Positions 1 through 9,287 of a stretch of DNA of 64,000 nucleotides are shown one piece after another. Source of the stretch: Promethearchaeota archaeon. GTDB lineage: Archaea; Asgardarchaeota; Lokiarchaeia; Sigyniarchaeales; SOKP01. Location of the stretch: contig JAHLWS010000024.1 of NCBI GenBank assembly GCA_019057795.1, positions 1 through 64,000 on the forward strand. Direction: 5' to 3'. How positions within the stretch are numbered: the first letter of the stretch is position 1; every line of letters starts with the position of its first letter. Below the pieces are notes generated by a model. The model ran no database searches. It saw only the letters and a program-made list of their open reading frames with translations, and was not told the DNA's origin. A program made the position numbers and the translations under genes.

Positions 1-260
1 AAGCAAATGTCTGGCGCATGGTTGCCACACGAGGAGAAGATTACTTGCGGATAAAACATTGTGAATTGGACGAACTGGCATCTGAAATCGTCTTACAATA
101 TTCTGAAGAAGTGGTGAAGCAATTACGAGCAGAACTAAGCTCTAGCATCAAGAAAATATCTGCCATGGGTCGTGCGAGAAGCAAGCGTTATGAACGGTTT
201 GATGTAGATGTAATTCACTACTATCGACAAAATAAGAGAAAAAAGGAGGCGGCAATTTAG
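1..260 (+). CDS. 3' end of a gene entering from the left edge; possibly a transposase C-terminus
   Basis: The frame is open back to the window edge (ANVWRMVATR...). GC is higher than in the flank, the C-terminus is basic, and an imperfect palindrome gaggtgagattaatttgcgacctc follows the stop. No catalytic motif is visible. Confidence 0.35.
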   Translation, partial: ANVWRMVATRGEDYLRIKHCELDELASEIVLQYSEEVVKQLRAELSSSIKKISAMGRARSKRYERFDVDVIHYYRQNKRKKEAAI

Positions 261-404
261 TCGGAGGTGAGATTAATTTGCGACCTCATATTTTTTTTCT
301 TAATTTTTTATTACTTCTTAAGTAAGTAGTAAATTGTAGATCTTCTTGTAAAAGTCTTTTTAAAAAAAATTAGAAAAAATAAAAAAGTTTATTAAATGTA
401 AAAT

Positions 405-1313
405 TTACCTTCTCATCATTCTGGGGTTGCGGAAAAGGTCAAGTTCTCTTTTGGGCATTATGTAATCTGTAGTACCGGTTGATTTCATCTTTTTATACAA
501 TCTTTTGACAATTTTCTTAGCAACGTCCATAAAGTTACAAGCCATCCCGAATAATATCAAGTAGCGGACAAATGTTTTATCTTTTGCGTAAACTTCGTCG
601 TAGATTTCAATCTCGTATTCTTTTTGTATAGGATGCCCATCTATTCTCGCAATTATTTTCTTTCCGATTAAAAATTTATAGTTCCTCCCGGGACCGACAA
701 CTCCTCTTGCTAAAACCATCTGCAGCTTATCGCCTTTTTCTTCGGGAAGGAGGGGGAACGTCCAACGTGAACCGATGAATCGCCATCCTCTTACGAATCG
801 AATTAAACTTTTTACTCCTGGGATTTGTGCGTAAAAAACCGGGCCAGCGTGCTTAATTTCAAAACTCTGAACGAGAGAATGAGCTATGCTTAACTCTATG
901 CCCCCTTTAAAATTACCACCCTTAGCCTTTGAGTCCATAGTTTCTTCCATAATCGTAAAATAACGGCACACGAGTCTCTTCTCCTCTAACGGGCTCTCTT
1001 CCCATTCCTCCTTATTAAAAGCAATGATACTTTTCTTTTGGCCGTCTATTGAAATTACGCCTTCGATATCGAAGTTTTTAGAGAACCAACGTGTTTTTGC
1101 GGTGTATTTGAGTTGTTGATGTATGCCCAATTCCTCGTCGTGCAAACGAGTTCTCCAAAAATTGACTTTCATTTTTTTGTAAACAATTTTTTTTTTGGGT
1201 TTTTGAACTTCCTCATCTTTTTTTGGTTTCGTTGCTTTTTTCTTAGTAGGAGCAGTCCTTGCCTTCGCTCTTTCCTTTCTCTTTTTTTTATCTTCTTCAG
1301 GATCATTTTCCAT
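405..1313 (-). CDS. Hypothetical protein with Lys/Glu-rich N-terminus; possible LURP-one/scramblase/Tubby-like beta-barrel
   Basis: 302-aa ORF. A run of amphipathic beta strands ends in YEIEIYD followed by a hydrophobic helix (FVRYLILFGMAC), as in the LURP1/scramblase fold. The fold call is inference. Confidence 0.5.
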   Translation of the reverse strand: MENDPEEDKKKRKERAKARTAPTKKKATKPKKDEEVQKPKKKIVYKKMKVNFWRTRLHDEELGIHQQLKYTAKTRWFSKNFDIEGVISIDGQKKSIIAFNKEEWEESPLEEKRLVCRYFTIMEETMDSKAKGGNFKGGIELSIAHSLVQSFEIKHAGPVFYAQIPGVKSLIRFVRGWRFIGSRWTFPLLPEEKGDKLQMVLARGVVGPGRNYKFLIGKKIIARIDGHPIQKEYEIEIYDEVYAKDKTFVRYLILFGMACNFMDVAKKIVKRLYKKMKSTGTTDYIMPKRELDLFRNPRMMRR

Positions 1314-1528
1314 ACTTATTCACTCTTTCATTATTTTATTCTTGTAATAAAATTAAATTTCTTAGATAGCTTTTAATTTTTACTTAATAAGACTTTTTTT
1401 CTTAAGAATTTTATTAGTTATACAAATATTGTTTGAAGTTTATAATTTTATTGTTTTAAATTGACAATTTTTAAGCAAGATATGTATTAAGAAAAGATAA
1501 AAGATATTACTATTAATTAAATACTAAT

Positions 1529-4500
1529 TTAATACTTAATTTCACAAGACTCCGAATCACAGAACTTACTTCCTATTGCTCTATCTTTTGTTTTATCCAA
1601 ATCTAAAGGTTTAAGTTTTGAAACCATTTCCTCGAATTTTTCTTTTGTGATTTCTTCGTAAGGAGCTTGTTTGTAACCGTGTTCTTTAATCGGTAAAAAA
1701 CTCACGCTTTTTAGCTTATCTTCAAAGCACTCCAGCACGTGTTTAATCTGATTTGCCTCTTCTTGCTTAAATGTAATCGTAATTGATACTTGGTTGTCGG
1801 ACCAATATTTTTGATAGTCTGCGGCATTTTCCGCTTGTTCCCATATGGAAACATCGTCCTTGGAACGTTCAAATAATTGTTCGTGGACGGGAAATTCGAC
1901 TACAATAGTATTAGGAGAATAAGAATCGTCCTCTATGTAATAACCCGCGTTTTTAATGGGTTCTATCAAATCAGAATTCTTCGAAATGCGAATTCTTCTA
2001 ATATAGTATTCTGAATGAGGATAATGAATTCCAGGAGTGACTCCCGGAAGTAAGCTAACGGTTCCGCTCGGTTTAACCGTAGTAATTTTTAACGATTTTG
2101 GGACGCACAACCAATCGGAATAATCCTCGTCCAATTCTCGTAAATATTTATAGCCTTTATCGCACCAGTCTAATATAGTCCTTCTCCCATATTTCACAAA
2201 AGCTTCAATTATTCCTGTTTGTGAAATTCCCATTCGCCTATTCTTAAGCATCACTGCGTTAGTTTCTTGCCAATGCGTATTTACGAGCGTAACAGATTTG
2301 GCATACAAATAAGCATACTTTAGGGTGTTTTTATACTCTTCGTAAGATTCGTGCCTTGAGGGGAACGATTCCACAAGACAACAAAGTTCAAATGATTCTA
2401 AGGTTTGTTCTCCGCAATTCGCAGTAAAAATCATTTCAAGTTTTGGTCTACCTGACTTTGTTTCTTTTTCAGTTAGAATAATTCCATAATTATGGAAATC
2501 ATCGACTGTGCCGTTATAAACTGTATTTTCCCCAATATAATTAACTGATACAACTTTATGGTTATAAGATAGACCGCAGTCTTTTAGTTTTAGTGCCATT
2601 TGTTGCCTATACTGATGTTTACTTAATGAGCGAACGGAGATTCTTTGACAAACATATTTCTCAGTGATTTTATCCATTACATATTGATAACCTTTATAGA
2701 TTCCAGCAGTTCTAAAATCGTTGATTCCATTTTCTTTAATAATCTTTAAGAAATCAGCTAACTGAGGAACCTCATTTTGTTCATAAATATATTGAGCAAA
2801 TAATTGACATAATTTTCTTCTAGCTTCTTGTTGATTTCTTTTTCCTTTATTTTTCATCGCTGCGCCTGCCTTAATTGCAGCTATTTTATTAGCACATTTA
2901 TGTGAACAATAAGCTTGCTCTCGTCTGCCATATTTTACTTTAAATTCCCTTCTACATAATGCACAATATTTTACAACAAACATACCATCTTCAAAAATTA
3001 ACTCAAGATCGCTTTCTTTCAGTAAATTAATATATTTTTTATATTCTCTCATTAGAGCTGGGTTATCTAAATGTTCAAATCCAGATTCAATATTCGCTCT
3101 TTTAATAAAGTTCAATAATGAACCACGAAATTCAGTAAAAGAAGATATTAATCCGATTTCTTTTGAATATTCTTTCCAAGCGGGAATAGTTAATGGTTCA
3201 TTTGTTCTTTTGATATAGGAAATCATCTCATTATAAATTTGCTCATTAGAGATTCCAGAATATCTTGGGTTTTTGGTACCGGAAGTAGCTTTCGACATCC
3301 TTTGATGATATTGTTGTTTTTCTTCAGGAGTAGCATGGGGATACCAAATACGCATAGGATTTTTATCACCTGATATATCATGTAAAGAATCATGATCATC
3401 CTTTAGCATAAGTTCTAAATTATCTTTTCTATTATTCAAACCATCCTTGTCTTTATGATGGAGAACATACCCACTGGGAATTTTACATTTATTAAGTTGT
3501 TCATAAATAAATGAATGTTCGAAAGTATTTTTCTTTCCATTATTTAACATCCAATAAATTGATCTTTTCTTCTTTTCTTCTCCCATTATCTCTGCCCAAG
3601 TTGTTTGCCATTTTGGCGTTATCATTAGACTATCTCCACTTCTTAATTCTCTAGCTTCTAAAGATGTATTATTCCTTAAAATAAACTTATGATTTCCTGT
3701 GCATTTTATTATACTATCATCATCCAATTTTACTTCATATATTTTCTCATTATAACCTGTAATTCTTGGATTTCTCATCATTCTTATTACTGTTAATCCT
3801 TTATCATCTTTACAGTACACAGGAATATCGTTTCCTTCTTCTGCCAATTGTTTTATTGCCACAGCATTCCTACCATCAGCGACAGCAATTAAAGTATCAC
3901 CTGTAATACAAGGGTTTACGCCCGCAGCTTTCTTATCTTTCTGATCTGGCGGACTTCCCATCCGAGAATATGCTTTTGCGTTTTCTAACCAAAGAATTCC
4001 GGGTTCCCCATTCACAGCAATCTGATCTGCTATGAAAGAATAGTCTAATCCTTTTACCGCGAATATACTGTTATTGCTTGCCCATCTATGCGAATATAGT
4101 TTTTCTTTGTCTTGTTTGCACTTTATAAATTCTAAATCGGTGGCTTCCCCTAATGCGATTTCAGCGCTGCGGCGAACATTGCCGGCTACCACGCATTTCC
4201 CAATGAGATTCATAATATCCAAGATATCAAGTGTTTTTATTGGTTGCTCTATTCGCGCCTTTAAAATTTCTTGGATATTCATCAACATGTCCTTTAAAGG
4301 ATCTGGACCGCTGGCGATTCCTCCAAAACCTCTAATTGGCTGACCTGCAGACCTGATTAAACTAAAATCAAACTTTGGGAGTCGTTTACCTAAGAAATAC
4401 GCCTCTATAACAAGTTTAAGCGATTCCACCCAACCTTCTCTGCTATCGGGTATTTGAAAAGTAAAATGATCTTCTATAGGTTTTTTAATTGTAATTTTAC

Positions 4501-5257
4501 CCGCTCCTTTCGTATCAAAACCTACCCCTACGCCCAACATTAGCGCATCCATCACAAATTGAAACGCTTTCGAGTATTTTAAGTCAATATCGTCAGTAGA
4601 GGCAAACCCACAGTTATTGAGCGACATAGAACCATGACGCGCGATAAATTCGGTCCCCATCATCCAAAGACCTCTTCCCGGTGGTAAAAACTTAAAATTC
4701 CAGATTTTTTCATACATTATTTGGGCAGATTTCTGAGCTTTAGCATCGGTCCAAGGTAAACTTAACTTAATGCAGTGCTCCTTTTGGATTGAATAACAAC
4801 CCTCGACGACTCTTCTGATCGTTTCCCAGAACTCTTCTTTTCTGTTCTCTCCTTCTACAACTCTTGCGTAAGTTCTTTTGTACGTGATGTGCCCTAAAGG
4901 CCCCCAATCAGGTTGTTTCCCTATAAATTTAGCAAGAAAATTATTGTCTAACGTGAAAGATATGTTTTCCAAATTAATAGCTCGGGCGAATAGATTTCGG
5001 TATTTGTTTAAACCTCGTTGGGTTAGCTCGACGCATACTAATTCTCTAATGTAATTAGTGGTGATCTCATCAACTCCTAGACCAATAATAATTCGAATAA
5101 CATCTTCTGTAACATTCTCTGCAATGTTTATGTCCAGCCCTGTTTCCTTATTTAAAACCTTAGCAATATTAGAAACATCAAACTCTTTTTTTTCACCTTT
5201 AGAGTTTATTACATATTTTGGATACAAATCTTTTAATGAAAACGAATTATCAGTCAT
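1529..5257 (-). CDS. nrdJ: Adenosylcobalamin-dependent (class II, RTPR-type) ribonucleotide reductase with N-terminal ATP-cone and an intein
   Basis: Motifs PPGRGLW, LNNC, RRSAEIALG, NP|CGEQ (split by the intein), TTVKPSGT and C-terminal CDSESC. The N-terminal VINSKG..FD..I segment is ATP-cone-like. Confidence 0.95.
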   Translation of the reverse strand: MTDNSFSLKDLYPKYVINSKGEKKEFDVSNIAKVLNKETGLDINIAENVTEDVIRIIIGLGVDEITTNYIRELVCVELTQRGLNKYRNLFARAINLENISFTLDNNFLAKFIGKQPDWGPLGHITYKRTYARVVEGENRKEEFWETIRRVVEGCYSIQKEHCIKLSLPWTDAKAQKSAQIMYEKIWNFKFLPPGRGLWMMGTEFIARHGSMSLNNCGFASTDDIDLKYSKAFQFVMDALMLGVGVGFDTKGAGKITIKKPIEDHFTFQIPDSREGWVESLKLVIEAYFLGKRLPKFDFSLIRSAGQPIRGFGGIASGPDPLKDMLMNIQEILKARIEQPIKTLDILDIMNLIGKCVVAGNVRRSAEIALGEATDLEFIKCKQDKEKLYSHRWASNNSIFAVKGLDYSFIADQIAVNGEPGILWLENAKAYSRMGSPPDQKDKKAAGVNPCITGDTLIAVADGRNAVAIKQLAEEGNDIPVYCKDDKGLTVIRMMRNPRITGYNEKIYEVKLDDDSIIKCTGNHKFILRNNTSLEARELRSGDSLMITPKWQTTWAEIMGEEKKKRSIYWMLNNGKKNTFEHSFIYEQLNKCKIPSGYVLHHKDKDGLNNRKDNLELMLKDDHDSLHDISGDKNPMRIWYPHATPEEKQQYHQRMSKATSGTKNPRYSGISNEQIYNEMISYIKRTNEPLTIPAWKEYSKEIGLISSFTEFRGSLLNFIKRANIESGFEHLDNPALMREYKKYINLLKESDLELIFEDGMFVVKYCALCRREFKVKYGRREQAYCSHKCANKIAAIKAGAAMKNKGKRNQQEARRKLCQLFAQYIYEQNEVPQLADFLKIIKENGINDFRTAGIYKGYQYVMDKITEKYVCQRISVRSLSKHQYRQQMALKLKDCGLSYNHKVVSVNYIGENTVYNGTVDDFHNYGIILTEKETKSGRPKLEMIFTANCGEQTLESFELCCLVESFPSRHESYEEYKNTLKYAYLYAKSVTLVNTHWQETNAVMLKNRRMGISQTGIIEAFVKYGRRTILDWCDKGYKYLRELDEDYSDWLCVPKSLKITTVKPSGTVSLLPGVTPGIHYPHSEYYIRRIRISKNSDLIEPIKNAGYYIEDDSYSPNTIVVEFPVHEQLFERSKDDVSIWEQAENAADYQKYWSDNQVSITITFKQEEANQIKHVLECFEDKLKSVSFLPIKEHGYKQAPYEEITKEKFEEMVSKLKPLDLDKTKDRAIGSKFCDSESCEIKY
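2417..3910 (-). mobile_element. 498-aa intein with HNH-type homing endonuclease, inserted in the NP|CGE active-site motif of nrdJ
   Basis: Block A CITGDT; block B IKCTGNHKF; block F VYNGTVDDFHNY; ends TAN before the +1 Cys. Internal HHKDKDGLNNRKDNL...H (HNH) and a CxxC...CSHKC zinc finger. Confidence 0.93.
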
Positions 5258-5705
5258 TATTTTACTCCTTAATTGCGATAATGGTTATTACATTAATTTT
5301 ATCGGCGTTTTTCAAAACGTCTAAATTTTGATTGCCTTAACCTAATTTTTAATTTAAGTTATAATATAATATAAAACTATTGATTCAATATTATTAAACG
5401 ATTGATGAATCTGTTAAAATCTTGCGTATTTCTTTTAATTCTACATCTACTATTCAATTACCCAATTAGTTTAAATTTTTTACTATTAATCAACATTACA
5501 TCTCTTATGGTTTTCTAATGTGTTTACGTCGGTTTTTATAACTTATAGAAACCTTCATTAACAATATCTTTTTATTGGTTAGCATATTTAAAAAAAAAAT
5601 TGAAATTGATTACTATATTATTAATATTAATAATATTAAAATCAAATTAGAAAGTTCAAATACTAAAAATAATTGATTTTAACGATAATCTTGGTGTAGT
5701 AAAAA

Positions 5706-6653
5706 ATGTCAGACGAAATTGAACCACCTGATATGAGTGACTCTGATGGTGAAGTTGCTAAAGAAAAAATTAAACTCCAATTTCATTGGTATATGAGTAT
5801 CTTTTTAGTTATATACTATTGTTCATATTTAATACCGGGAATTGTTTTTATGGAGTATGTCTTATTAGTATTTATCCCACTCTTTTTAAGGGTAGATAAC
5901 CTGTTTGTTGTCTTTACGAACCTTGATTCTTTACTAGCTTTTTTAGCTTTACCGTTAGTTCTTATTGTGAGTTATTTAATCCACTTATTTTTGGTAGGTT
6001 TGATCTCGCGAATTATCTGGAGATATACTGAAAAAATTTCACCTAGTAAAGATGGAATTATTCCAAGAAATATTCCTTCTAAAACTGCTAATTTATACCA
6101 TATAAGATCCTTTATGATTAAATACGGAAAAAATGCTTTCATGAAAGGAATATTTCCTTGGTTAGCAAATTGGTTTTTTAATTTTGTAGGAACCAGCGTA
6201 ATTAAAAAGGGTTCTACGCTCGAAGAATCAGTAGTTACGGATAGAAATGTAAATGTTGGAAGAAACTGCTACATCGGTGTTAATTCGGCGCTATCTAGCC
6301 ATTTTGTTGAGGGAGTTTTCGGAAATATTGTGTACTTTGAAATAAAGCTAGGAGAAAATGTTACTTTAGGGGGTTTTAATAACATTGCCCCTGGATGCGA
6401 ACTAAGAGATAATTCCTATTTATTGCCAATGGCAGCAGCAACTAAGCACAATTTGTTAAAAGGAAATAATTACTACTTTGGCATGCCTTTGCGTAGAATA
6501 TTTAAGAAGAAAATTATGGATTACTTAAAGATTAGCGAGGATAATTTAGTTCAAGCTGAAGACTTAAGAGTTAAGCAAGAAAACGCAAAGTTGGAGAGGA
6601 TAAAAAAAGAAGCAAAAAAAAATGAAAAAAAAAACATAATAATAATGGAGTGA
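5706..6653 (+). CDS. Membrane-anchored left-handed beta-helix (hexapeptide repeat) acyltransferase-like protein, paralogue 1
   Basis: Two N-terminal hydrophobic segments; hexapeptide repeats (VNVGRNCYIG, IKLGENVTLG); C-terminal YYFGMP. Confidence 0.8.
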   Translation: MSDEIEPPDMSDSDGEVAKEKIKLQFHWYMSIFLVIYYCSYLIPGIVFMEYVLLVFIPLFLRVDNLFVVFTNLDSLLAFLALPLVLIVSYLIHLFLVGLISRIIWRYTEKISPSKDGIIPRNIPSKTANLYHIRSFMIKYGKNAFMKGIFPWLANWFFNFVGTSVIKKGSTLEESVVTDRNVNVGRNCYIGVNSALSSHFVEGVFGNIVYFEIKLGENVTLGGFNNIAPGCELRDNSYLLPMAAATKHNLLKGNNYYFGMPLRRIFKKKIMDYLKISEDNLVQAEDLRVKQENAKLERIKKEAKKNEKKNIIIME

Positions 6654-6658
6654 GATAA

Positions 6659-7549
6659 ATGGCTGAAGCTATAGAAGATGGAAATGATGATTCTGATTTT
6701 ATTATTGATTTCACTACGAGTTCTGCTATAAACAGAGTTAGTCTTAAGTTTTTAATAGTATATTTGCCAATTTTTTGGTTTAGTGGTTTAATAGTTACCA
6801 CCTTTTGGTACGGCTACACTGTAAGCAAACTACCATGGATAATTAATTTGTTATTTTTACCACTTTTATTGTTAGCACTTATGTTTCTTTTCATTATTAG
6901 TTGCTTCTTTTTTAGTAAGCTTCTATTAATTTTAATAAATTTAATGCACCTCCCTAAAGAGGGGATATTCCGCACTGCCAAGGGTGATACTGATTTTGAG
7001 TTTTGGAGGCTTAGAACCGAGATAAAGAAAATAACTTTATGGCTAATAAGAAACTGGCCTTTACCTTGGTTAGATGTATTAGCATTTCGCTGGTTTGGAG
7101 TAAATATGGATTTTTCGAGCCATTTAAACGATGCCTGGTGTGACGCTGAATTTATTAAGTTTGGAAACAGCGTAACTGTTGGACAAGGGGCAGTAATAAT
7201 GAGCTCAATGGTAGTAGGTAATTATCTAATCATCAAAAGAATAACTTTCGAAAATTTCGCTCTTATTGGAGGGCAGAGCACGATCGCCCCTGGGACTCAC
7301 TTTGGAAAAGATACTGTTTTAGGTGCAGTATCAGTTACCACTCTTAATCAAAAACTAGAAGACGGGTGGATATATTCAGGTATTCCTGCTAGAAAATTAA
7401 AGCCTAATCAATACGCTGAAATGAGAAGAGATATTATACAAAAAGTAGATGTTGACGAAGAAGAAAAAATTGAAGTAGAGCACGAAGTCAATATCGATGA
7501 AGATAAAAAACATTTAATTAGAGGAAAAAAGGGAGGCGTTGAAAAGTGA
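6659..7549 (+). CDS. Membrane-anchored LbH acyltransferase-like protein, paralogue 2
   Basis: Two TM segments; PKEGIF...FWRLR; hexapeptide repeats (IKFGNSVTVGQGAVI); WIYSGIPA. Confidence 0.85.
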   Translation: MAEAIEDGNDDSDFIIDFTTSSAINRVSLKFLIVYLPIFWFSGLIVTTFWYGYTVSKLPWIINLLFLPLLLLALMFLFIISCFFFSKLLLILINLMHLPKEGIFRTAKGDTDFEFWRLRTEIKKITLWLIRNWPLPWLDVLAFRWFGVNMDFSSHLNDAWCDAEFIKFGNSVTVGQGAVIMSSMVVGNYLIIKRITFENFALIGGQSTIAPGTHFGKDTVLGAVSVTTLNQKLEDGWIYSGIPARKLKPNQYAEMRRDIIQKVDVDEEEKIEVEHEVNIDEDKKHLIRGKKGGVEK

Positions 7550-8472
7550 GCGTTCCGAATTCAATGCGCGTCGGTCCTTTTTGTGCAACCGTACTGGCTA
7601 AGAAAAAATATTTGATTTTGTATATTTTTTTAATATGGATAAGTCTACTTCCTGCGATATTGGAAATTTGGTGGTATTGGCAGATGTTGTGGGATGATAT
7701 AAGACCACTTCATTTCTATGTGTTTTTACCTCTTTATTTAATTGTAATATACATCACAACTGTGTTTGCTGCGATATTCTTTGCAAAAATTTTATTAATT
7801 ATTGCTAATGTTTTTCATAAACCAAGAGAAGGCGTTTTTCTAAGGGATCCCGCAGATAAAGATTATAGATATTGGAGTCTTAGAAATACAATTAAAAAGT
7901 GGCCAATCTGGCTCGCACATAAATTTCCCTTTCCATTTTTGGACAATATTTGTTTCAAGATATTTGGAGTAAAAACAAAATTTTCTAACTCACTTTTTGA
8001 AGGTTGGGTGGATACTGAATATGTCGAGTTCGGTAAAAATGTGGTTGTTGGCCAGGGAGCTATAATTCAATCTTCGGTTATTATAGGAAACTTTTTAATC
8101 ATTAAAAAAACCATTATTGAAGAAAACGTTAGAATAGGCGCACATGTAATAATTATGCCAGGCACCCATATAGGAAAAAACTGTATTTTAAACACTTGGT
8201 CGTCTACAATGGTAGGTCAAGAACTAGAAGAAGGTTGGGTGTATAATGGGGGTCCTGCGAAAAAATTCAAGAAAAATAGATTTTTCGAAGACATTCCTAT
8301 CGAAAAACTTACAAAAACTATTGGAGACCTTGACGGATTATTAAAGAAATACGACGAGCAATATGTTAAGCGGCATGTAAAAAAGAAGATATCTCTCAAA
8401 GAAAGAAGAATTCGTATAAGAAAAGAAAAATCCGAAGAAAACCCTGAAGAAAAAACTGAAAAAAAGGATTAA
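7546..8472 (+). CDS. Membrane-anchored LbH acyltransferase-like protein, paralogue 3
   Basis: Two TM segments; PREGVF...YRYWSLR; VEFGKNVVVGQGAII; WVYNGGPA. Overlaps the upstream stop (GTGA). Confidence 0.85.
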   Translation: MSVPNSMRVGPFCATVLAKKKYLILYIFLIWISLLPAILEIWWYWQMLWDDIRPLHFYVFLPLYLIVIYITTVFAAIFFAKILLIIANVFHKPREGVFLRDPADKDYRYWSLRNTIKKWPIWLAHKFPFPFLDNICFKIFGVKTKFSNSLFEGWVDTEYVEFGKNVVVGQGAIIQSSVIIGNFLIIKKTIIEENVRIGAHVIIMPGTHIGKNCILNTWSSTMVGQELEEGWVYNGGPAKKFKKNRFFEDIPIEKLTKTIGDLDGLLKKYDEQYVKRHVKKKISLKERRIRIRKEKSEENPEEKTEKKD

Positions 8473-8474
8473 TC

Positions 8475-9260
8475 ATGAAAATTGGTTATGTTCAAACCTC
8501 TCCCACCTTTAGCGAAAAAACTCAAAATTTTGAACAAGTAAAGAACTTATTAAGCAATAATAAAGCAGATTTAATTGTATTACCTGAACTTTTCGCAACC
8601 GGTTACGCTTTCATTTCTAAAAAAGAAGCTGAATCTTTAGCGGAAGATATTAACGGGCAAACCGCTCAATTTCTAAAGAAGTTATCAAAAGATACAGGTG
8701 GAGTCGTAATTGGAGGGTTTATTGAGAAAGATGGCAATGAAATCTTCAATTCTGCGATGATAATTTCAAAAAATGAAGTTATCGGCACCTATAGGAAAAT
8801 CCATCTATACTATAAAGAACACCTATGGTTCTCTCCTGGAAACAAGCCTTTACGAATTTACGAAGTAAACAACATGATAATCGGAATAATGATTTGTTTC
8901 GATTGGTTTTTTCCGGAGACAATTCGTACGCTCGCGCTTCTTGGAGCTGATATCATTGCACATCCCGCTAACTTAGTACTTCCGTATTGCCAAAAAGCTA
9001 TGACTACTCATTGTTTGGTAAATCGCGTTTTTGCTGTAACATCTAACAGAATTGGCAACGAAGTAAGGGGGGAAGACGATTTTAAGTTTACGGGGGGAAG
9101 TCAAATCACGTCTTATAATGGGGACATACTATCATCCGCACCTACGGATAAAATCTCTATTAATTTTATAGAAATTGATGTAATCCACGCAAGAGATAAA
9201 AAGCTAAATAGTTATAATGATTTACTAAATGATAGAAGACCAGATTTCTATCTTCTATAA
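8475..9260 (+). CDS. Carbon-nitrogen hydrolase (nitrilase superfamily)
   Basis: Glu-Lys-Cys triad motifs LPELF, YRKIHL and ICFDWFFPE; C-terminal DRRPDFY. Confidence 0.92.
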   Translation: MKIGYVQTSPTFSEKTQNFEQVKNLLSNNKADLIVLPELFATGYAFISKKEAESLAEDINGQTAQFLKKLSKDTGGVVIGGFIEKDGNEIFNSAMIISKNEVIGTYRKIHLYYKEHLWFSPGNKPLRIYEVNNMIIGIMICFDWFFPETIRTLALLGADIIAHPANLVLPYCQKAMTTHCLVNRVFAVTSNRIGNEVRGEDDFKFTGGSQITSYNGDILSSAPTDKISINFIEIDVIHARDKKLNSYNDLLNDRRPDFYLL

Positions 9261-9287
9261 TCATTTTATTATAAAAAGATTCAAACC

